Below, piece by piece: positions 59,336 through 64,000 of a stretch of 64,000 nt of DNA. Source of the stretch: Bacteroidota bacterium. GTDB lineage: Bacteria > Bacteroidota > Bacteroidia > Chitinophagales > Chitinophagaceae. A program made the position numbers and the translations under genes. Below the pieces are notes generated by a model. That model was given only the letters and a program-made list of their open reading frames with translations. It did not search any database and was not told the DNA's origin. The stretch covers positions 108,193 through 172,192 of the forward strand of contig JAEWJK010000013.1 in assembly GCA_023386555.1 (NCBI GenBank), given 5' to 3'. Within the stretch, counting starts at the first letter, position 1. Every line of letters starts with the position of its first letter.

Positions 59336-59695
59336 TCAGCTGATTTTGATTTGCATTACTGTTGCAATTGAAATGGCTCTTTGTTTTGCCAATTCTGCTT
59401 TTTCGCCGGAGAAGAGTTCATCAACGGTTGAGGTAAATAATTGTATCCATACTTCAAAATGATGCTGATTCAATGGAAATATTTTATGAAGATTCTGATG
59501 AGTTTTTAAAGGATTTCCGTTGTATCCTCCTGAGTAAAATATTGCGTTTTCCCAGAATTGGTACATGATAGGTAAGTGTCTTTCCCAATTGATATTGCTG
59601 AAAATTGGTCCAATAATATCATCAGCTTTCACTTTATCATAGAAGCAGTTTACCAATGTTTCTATGTTATTTCTTGATGTAATATCTTTTTTCAT
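59336..59695 (-). CDS. Group III truncated hemoglobin
   Basis: 119 aa. LVNCFYDKVKADDIIGPIF...W..HLP.MY.FWE......G.Y.GNPL..H..L......HF..W..LF..TVDELF.G..A..AK.RA..IA. Confidence 0.8.
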   Translation of the reverse strand: MKKDITSRNNIETLVNCFYDKVKADDIIGPIFSNINWERHLPIMYQFWENAIFYSGGYNGNPLKTHQNLHKIFPLNQHHFEVWIQLFTSTVDELFSGEKAELAKQRAISIATVMQIKIS

Positions 59696-59700
59696 AGAGT

Positions 59701-60468
59701 CTAGAGGTCTTTAGAATTGAATTTTTTTATGGAGAACATTAGTGGAATTGTCATCCAACTGATCAACACGAAAAATGCAATCCCTGTTCCGAGTGCAGTG
59801 CCGAAGAAATCTTTGAATATAGCTCCGGTATATCCCATCAATGCTGAAATATCCATTTGTAGGAGTATGAGTATTCTTCCAAGATCAATCGGGTTAAGTG
59901 CACTAACAGCTACCAATCCTTTTTCAACCGGGTAATCTGATAATTGAAAAAGAAAGAAAAGTACCAACCCATCAAATAAGATTGAAAAATACAACCACAT
60001 TAATATGGATTTGCCTATGCCCTTTGCTTTATCTCTTGTTGTAATTGAGGCCAGCACAGCTATTGAAACAAATATCACTGAGAGCAACAAACCGATCATC
60101 AACATCATGAGGCCGGTTGAAGTAGCTGCATAAATCAGAATTGGAATTCCTGCTCCTACTAAAAATGCTATTGTAAGTGAAATTGATAATCCTATAAACA
60201 AACTCAGCAATATGGTTTTACGTTTAAGTGGTTGACTTACGAGCAATTCAAGAAACTCTGAACTGTTGTAGACATATATCGTTGAGAAAATGATACTCAC
60301 CAATGGAACGATAATGAGGATAACATTCAATAAACTAAGTAAGCCTTTAGCTGCATTGTCTTCTAAATTCAATACACTTAAAGACATAGCTAAGAGAAAT
60401 AATGTATATGCAAGAACAATCCTGCTTCTTAAGATGTCAATGACAACATATTTTATGATCTTTTTCAT
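59701..60468 (-). CDS. nosY: NosY-like ABC-2 permease
   Basis: 255 aa with 6 TM. N-terminus DILRSRIVLAY. 4-nt overlap with nosF. The context is nosL-nosD-nosF-nosY. Confidence 0.8.
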   Translation of the reverse strand: MKKIIKYVVIDILRSRIVLAYTLFLLAMSLSVLNLEDNAAKGLLSLLNVILIIVPLVSIIFSTIYVYNSSEFLELLVSQPLKRKTILLSLFIGLSISLTIAFLVGAGIPILIYAATSTGLMMLMIGLLLSVIFVSIAVLASITTRDKAKGIGKSILMWLYFSILFDGLVLFFLFQLSDYPVEKGLVAVSALNPIDLGRILILLQMDISALMGYTGAIFKDFFGTALGTGIAFFVLISWMTIPLMFSIKKFNSKDL

Positions 60469-61178
60469 CTGTTAGCTTTTGACATGATAGATGCAATGGC
60501 TTTGTTCAACTTTTCTTCACCTGTATCCTGCTGTAATGCCGTAATGCTTTTATGAAACTGTAGTTTACCCTCCTGCATATAAATTACCTGTGTTACCAGA
60601 TCATCGAGTTCACTTAGAATATGTGAAGTAATAAGAATTAATTTTCCTTCTGTTTTTTCTTTGATGATCTTTTCTTTCAGTAATTCAGATGATAAAGGGT
60701 CTAGTCCTGCCGTAGGTTCATCTAAGATCAATACTTCAGGATTGAATAAGAAAGCAAGAGCAGCACTTACTTTTTGACGTGTGCCTCCTGAAAGTGTTCT
60801 CATTCTTTTATTGAACATTGACTTTAATCCGAAAGTTTCAATCAGCTCTTCATCTAATCTTTGATCTTTTTTATGCCGTATATCTTTCATCATATCCAGC
60901 ACTTGTCCTATGGTCATATTATCAGGATAACGACCGATCTGTGGCATGTAACCAATGTTTTGCCTATAATGCCAGTCGTGCAGAATATTTTTTCCATTGA
61001 ATGTGATAAAACCACTATCAGGAATTACCATTCCCAATATAGATTTGATGATAGTTGTTTTACCACTACCATTTGGTCCGATAAGAGCAATACATTCACT
61101 TTTGTTACAAGTGACTGAAACATTATCTAAAGCTCTAAGCTTTCCAAATTTCTTTGATACATTACTTGCGATGATCAT
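60465..61178 (-). CDS. nosF: NosF-like ABC transporter ATP-binding protein
   Basis: 237 aa. Walker A GPNGSGKTT, signature LSGGTRQK and Walker B LILDEPTAGLD. Overlaps nosD by 17 nt. Confidence 0.85.
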   Translation of the reverse strand: MIIASNVSKKFGKLRALDNVSVTCNKSECIALIGPNGSGKTTIIKSILGMVIPDSGFITFNGKNILHDWHYRQNIGYMPQIGRYPDNMTIGQVLDMMKDIRHKKDQRLDEELIETFGLKSMFNKRMRTLSGGTRQKVSAALAFLFNPEVLILDEPTAGLDPLSSELLKEKIIKEKTEGKLILITSHILSELDDLVTQVIYMQEGKLQFHKSITALQQDTGEEKLNKAIASIMSKANR

Positions 61179-62409
61179 AGCCTGCCGGTTTCATTAAAGG
61201 AAATTCGTCTTTCAGATTTTCTGGAGTGATGCTGGGCAATACTTTTTCTGTCTTATCCAGCAGAGTGGTAATAAAACTTCTGAATAATATCATTGCCGGA
61301 GGATTTTGTTCAACGATCATGGAGTACATACTTACCGGACGATAAGGAACATCACCGATCTTATCTTTATTCAGATCGTAACCATCGTATTTGTCCCAAT
61401 AGTTTCCATCAAACTTATTCAACACTAACGTGCCGTTTGTGGATACATCAAAAGTGTTTGCGATGAAATTACATTTCTCAACTACAAGATCCATACAATT
61501 GGCCTGCATCTTCATTCCCCAGCCATTATTGCGAAAATTATTTTTTACCAGTTGAATTCTGCTGGCTCCTTCCATATAAATGCCGCTGGTATTTCTTTCA
61601 AAAGAATTTCCATCGATATAACTATCCCGTATTTCTTTCAGTAATAAGCCATAAGCAGCATCACCCCAATTGTCAGAGAAATAATTGTGGATCATTGTTA
61701 CGTTATAGGAATACATAACAGCCACACCTGCTCCATTATTTTTAAAAATGTTACTGATGTAAGTATCGTTATTGCTGAACATAAAATGTAAACCGTACCG
61801 TAGATTTTTTTGTGAGTTGTTTCTCCAGATGATAGAATTGGTAACAAATTCAAAGTATATACCGTCTCTATGACCATTTATTGTATTACCAATGATCTTC
61901 ATGCTATCACTTTTCCAGCAATGAATACCGTTGCCACTTGACTGTTCTACCTTACCATACGATGTGATCTTGTTTTTTTCAACCAGCGATTTGGTTGATC
62001 CGAGCACATAGATGCCAAAATTTGTATTATCCAAAATGTTATTTCTAACAATAACACCTTTTACGCCGGCTAATTTTATTCCGGCAATATCTTCTGTACT
62101 GGTGCTGCCTGTATTTATTATCTTAAATCCTTCAACCGAAACATCGTTTGCTTTAATAGTAATTGCTTCATATTTTTTCTGTCCATCGATTACAGGGTAA
62201 TTAATCCCTTTTAAATAAATTGTTTTATTAATAACGATGTTACCTTCTTTATAAATCCCGGCATGTACAATGATGCTGTCACCATTTGATGCTGCATTCA
62301 AAGCTTGTGTGATGGAAGCAAAAGCATGTTGCTTTCCTACATTGATCGTTTTTGCAAATGAATGATAGCAGAGAAGCAACATGCATAATATGTGTATGAT
62401 CGGCTTCAT
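61162..62409 (-). CDS. nosD: Nitrous-oxide reductase maturation protein NosD (periplasmic right-handed beta-helix)
   Basis: 415 aa with a signal peptide. SITQALNAASNGDSIIVHAGIYKEGNIVINK, then many parallel beta-helix repeats (N.I.....GIY...S....) and a C-terminal NYWD.Y.G.D...DGIGD.PY. Confidence 0.9.
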   Translation of the reverse strand: MKPIIHILCMLLLCYHSFAKTINVGKQHAFASITQALNAASNGDSIIVHAGIYKEGNIVINKTIYLKGINYPVIDGQKKYEAITIKANDVSVEGFKIINTGSTSTEDIAGIKLAGVKGVIVRNNILDNTNFGIYVLGSTKSLVEKNKITSYGKVEQSSGNGIHCWKSDSMKIIGNTINGHRDGIYFEFVTNSIIWRNNSQKNLRYGLHFMFSNNDTYISNIFKNNGAGVAVMYSYNVTMIHNYFSDNWGDAAYGLLLKEIRDSYIDGNSFERNTSGIYMEGASRIQLVKNNFRNNGWGMKMQANCMDLVVEKCNFIANTFDVSTNGTLVLNKFDGNYWDKYDGYDLNKDKIGDVPYRPVSMYSMIVEQNPPAMILFRSFITTLLDKTEKVLPSITPENLKDEFPLMKPAGYDHRK

Positions 62410-63449
62410 TTAATTAGATCCTTCCAGGTTAGTGAGGAGCCTTTGTATTGTTTACTGATGGTAGCTACACCTTCCTGGCTATTGAATGCTGAAACATTAC
62501 CACCCATAGGACTTCTTAATTCTTCACTTTTAAAAAGAAATGCAGTGTTGGCATCAATAAGATTACCGTTACCTGCAAAATCTACGAGGTAAATATTGGC
62601 TATTTGTGATTGATCAACAGTTTTTGATTTTATAAACTCTGCTACACAATGTGTATCATCAAACTTGTACACTTTTCCTTTCTTCGTTACGATCTCTGCA
62701 CCATAATGAATATCACTAATGGTCATTTTGCATGAATGACATTGATCAGTTCCAAATTTGATTGGTTCGGCTTCGGTGCTGCAGGAGTTTAGCGTGAACA
62801 TCAGAAAGAAAGAAGCTGCAGTAGTTGTTATTCTGGAAGCAGGTGCCTTTTTTCTATCTTTTCTCCATTCTACTATAGCAAAGCCTAATGTTATGAGTCC
62901 GGCACCGAAAAAAATCCAGCCACCTGTTGCAGGCATTGAATATGCACTGAAGTTTAATAGTTGTTTATAGCCGATCAAAGGTGGTTGATAAGCCATGCCC
63001 GGAACTTTAATTGCAGCATTGGGATCAAGATCATGACCATAATCGTAATTCCATTTATAGAAATCTACCATAGATACAATTCCAAATAACAGATACAATG
63101 CTGTTAGAATGTAAAGCAGTTTCTTTTTACCAATGGCTGCAACAATTAAAAATAATGCTGCAAAAGTTCCGATGATATAAGGAAGTATCTTAAACTCAAT
63201 AAAATTTTCGTTGTGTAATGTTTTCATACCGATGTAATGGTTAAGTCCATTAATGATTTCAACATTACCACCTAAGCCATGAGGATAGATGATCAACACT
63301 AATCCTTCCGGATACTGAGGTGCAATAAGATCAATCGTCCAAAGTGGAACAAAAAGAACAGCAATTAATGCTAATCCACAAATTGTAAGAGCTATCCTCG
63401 TAAAATTTCCAATTTTGTTTTTCATAATTTTCATCTTTGCTGTTAGCAT
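62406..63449 (-). CDS. nosL: Polytopic membrane domain fused in-frame to NosL copper chaperone
   Basis: 347 aa. Residues 1-195 have about 5-6 TM (LWTIDLIAPQYPEGL...). Residues ~200-223 look like an internal lipoprotein signal (KKAPASRITTTAASFFLMFTLNSC, lipobox at nt 62781-62792). Then the NosL domain: DQCHSCKMTISDIHYGAEIV.KKGKVYKFDD..C...F. Confidence 0.75.
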   Translation of the reverse strand: MLTAKMKIMKNKIGNFTRIALTICGLALIAVLFVPLWTIDLIAPQYPEGLVLIIYPHGLGGNVEIINGLNHYIGMKTLHNENFIEFKILPYIIGTFAALFLIVAAIGKKKLLYILTALYLLFGIVSMVDFYKWNYDYGHDLDPNAAIKVPGMAYQPPLIGYKQLLNFSAYSMPATGGWIFFGAGLITLGFAIVEWRKDRKKAPASRITTTAASFFLMFTLNSCSTEAEPIKFGTDQCHSCKMTISDIHYGAEIVTKKGKVYKFDDTHCVAEFIKSKTVDQSQIANIYLVDFAGNGNLIDANTAFLFKSEELRSPMGGNVSAFNSQEGVATISKQYKGSSLTWKDLIK

Positions 63450-63469
63450 TGTTCAGTAATCGAAAAAGC

Positions 63470-63497
63470 GTACAAGTGAGTGACACAACGAAGTTCC
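63470..63497 (-). repeat. Dispersed intergenic repeat, copy 14 (type A)
   Basis: gtacaagtgagtgacacaacgaagttcc; reverse complement is ggaacttcgttgtgtcactcacttgtac. Confidence 0.8.
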
Positions 63498-63524
63498 ATA
63501 GTAGCAATACAGCCCGCTACATAA

Positions 63525-64000
63525 TTATTTCTTAGCAGGAGGTAATAATACTCCATCAATTACATGTACAATTCCATTAGAAGCAGGTACTGTTGCAATG
63601 ATTGTAGCAGCACCATTAAGAGTTATCTTTCCATCTTTTACACTAACTGTAATATTATCACCATTCACCATGCCTAAGGTTTGTCCGTCTGTAAAATATT
63701 CTGTTCTGAGAGATGACGTAGTAACATGATATTGAAGGATGTTTTGCAGATCAGGTTTTTTCTCGTTAGTCATTAATGCATCCAATGTTTCTTTCGGTAC
63801 TTTATCGAATGCTGCATTAGTTGGCGCAAATACAGTAAATGGGCCTGCATTAGAAAGTGATGTTACAAGTTCTGCTTGCTTTAATGCAGCTACCAATGTT
63901 GTATGATCTTTTGAACCTACTGCAACTTTTACAACATCAGGTTGTGATTCATCGTCGGCCACAGCTTCTTGTCCACCTGCAGTAATTGTTTCCTCAGTAT
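63525..64000 (-). CDS. Fasciclin (FAS1) domain protein, 5' end outside the window
   Basis: HTTLVAALKQAELV..L...GPFTVFAPTN.AF.K.P..T...L........L..IL.YHV......G....NG.IHVIDGVLLP. The listed GTG at 63962 is internal; the frame stays open to 64000 (...TEETITAGGQEA). Confidence 0.8.
   Translation of the reverse strand, partial: TEETITAGGQEAVADDESQPDVVKVAVGSKDHTTLVAALKQAELVTSLSNAGPFTVFAPTNAAFDKVPKETLDALMTNEKKPDLQNILQYHVTTSSLRTEYFTDGQTLGMVNGDNITVSVKDGKITLNGAATIIATVPASNGIVHVIDGVLLPPAKK

Noticed and set aside
4959-63497. The dispersed repeat as a relic of a coding sequence (one frame of the two cores reads RCVTHLY / RCVALLY with a synonymous TGT/TGC change, sometimes followed by TGA)
   Set aside because: The flanks have stops in that frame in most copies. 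There is no start codon or RBS. The copies sit in both orientations at arbitrary distances from genes, and the long subfamily does not keep the frame. I treat it as non-coding.
4959-63497. The dispersed repeat as rho-independent terminators or REP hairpins
   Set aside because: Apart from the central 7-bp dyad the element has no self-complementarity and no T-run. Real terminators in this window (for example 4792, 14089, 30323, 48951) look quite different.
1-64000. Mobile elements, prophage, CRISPR-Cas or known defense islands
   Set aside because: I recognise no transposase, integrase, recombinase, phage structural, cas or restriction-modification genes in any frame. Only the three small TA pairs and the repeat families are reported.

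Overview
About 64 kb of chromosome that looks like Bacteroidota, probably Chitinophagia or Sphingobacteriia. Lineage clues are T9SS C-terminal sorting domains, CarboxypepD_reg-type TonB-dependent receptors, a GxxExxY protein, DUF4293, GIN/DUF2807 proteins, and TAnnTTTG -7 boxes. The sequence is AT-rich by eye. I support about 60 protein genes and one tRNA-Glu(UUC). I saw no rRNA, CRISPR array, transposase or integrase. Most genes are housekeeping: maeB, gap, pgk, glyA, guaB, guaA, folD, queE, rimM, dinB, dprA, metG, mscL and a fadB-like gene. The more interesting content is as follows. (1) A strictly intergenic 28-40 bp repeat occurs 15 times in two core variants, and both variants keep a 7-bp palindrome. 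(2) The right end carries a nos accessory operon, with a membrane-domain::NosL fusion followed by nosD, nosF and nosY. On the same strand it continues into a group III truncated hemoglobin, a Cys-rich HYC/CC/PP-type small protein and an HMA-domain TonB-dependent receptor. This may be a copper-supply module; nosZ itself probably lies just beyond 64000. (3) A GxxExxY gene is bracketed by 27-bp inverted repeats, each built from three 9-bp units. (4) A 350-bp convergent intergenic block holds twin 33-bp palindromes, ten degenerate ~21-bp tandem units and a duplicated gene 3' end. (5) There are three type II toxin-antitoxin pairs, and one of them sits between gap and pgk and overlaps the pgk start codon. 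(6) A T9SS cargo gene is frameshifted. All product calls come from reading the translated ORFs and recognising motifs from memory; no searches were run.
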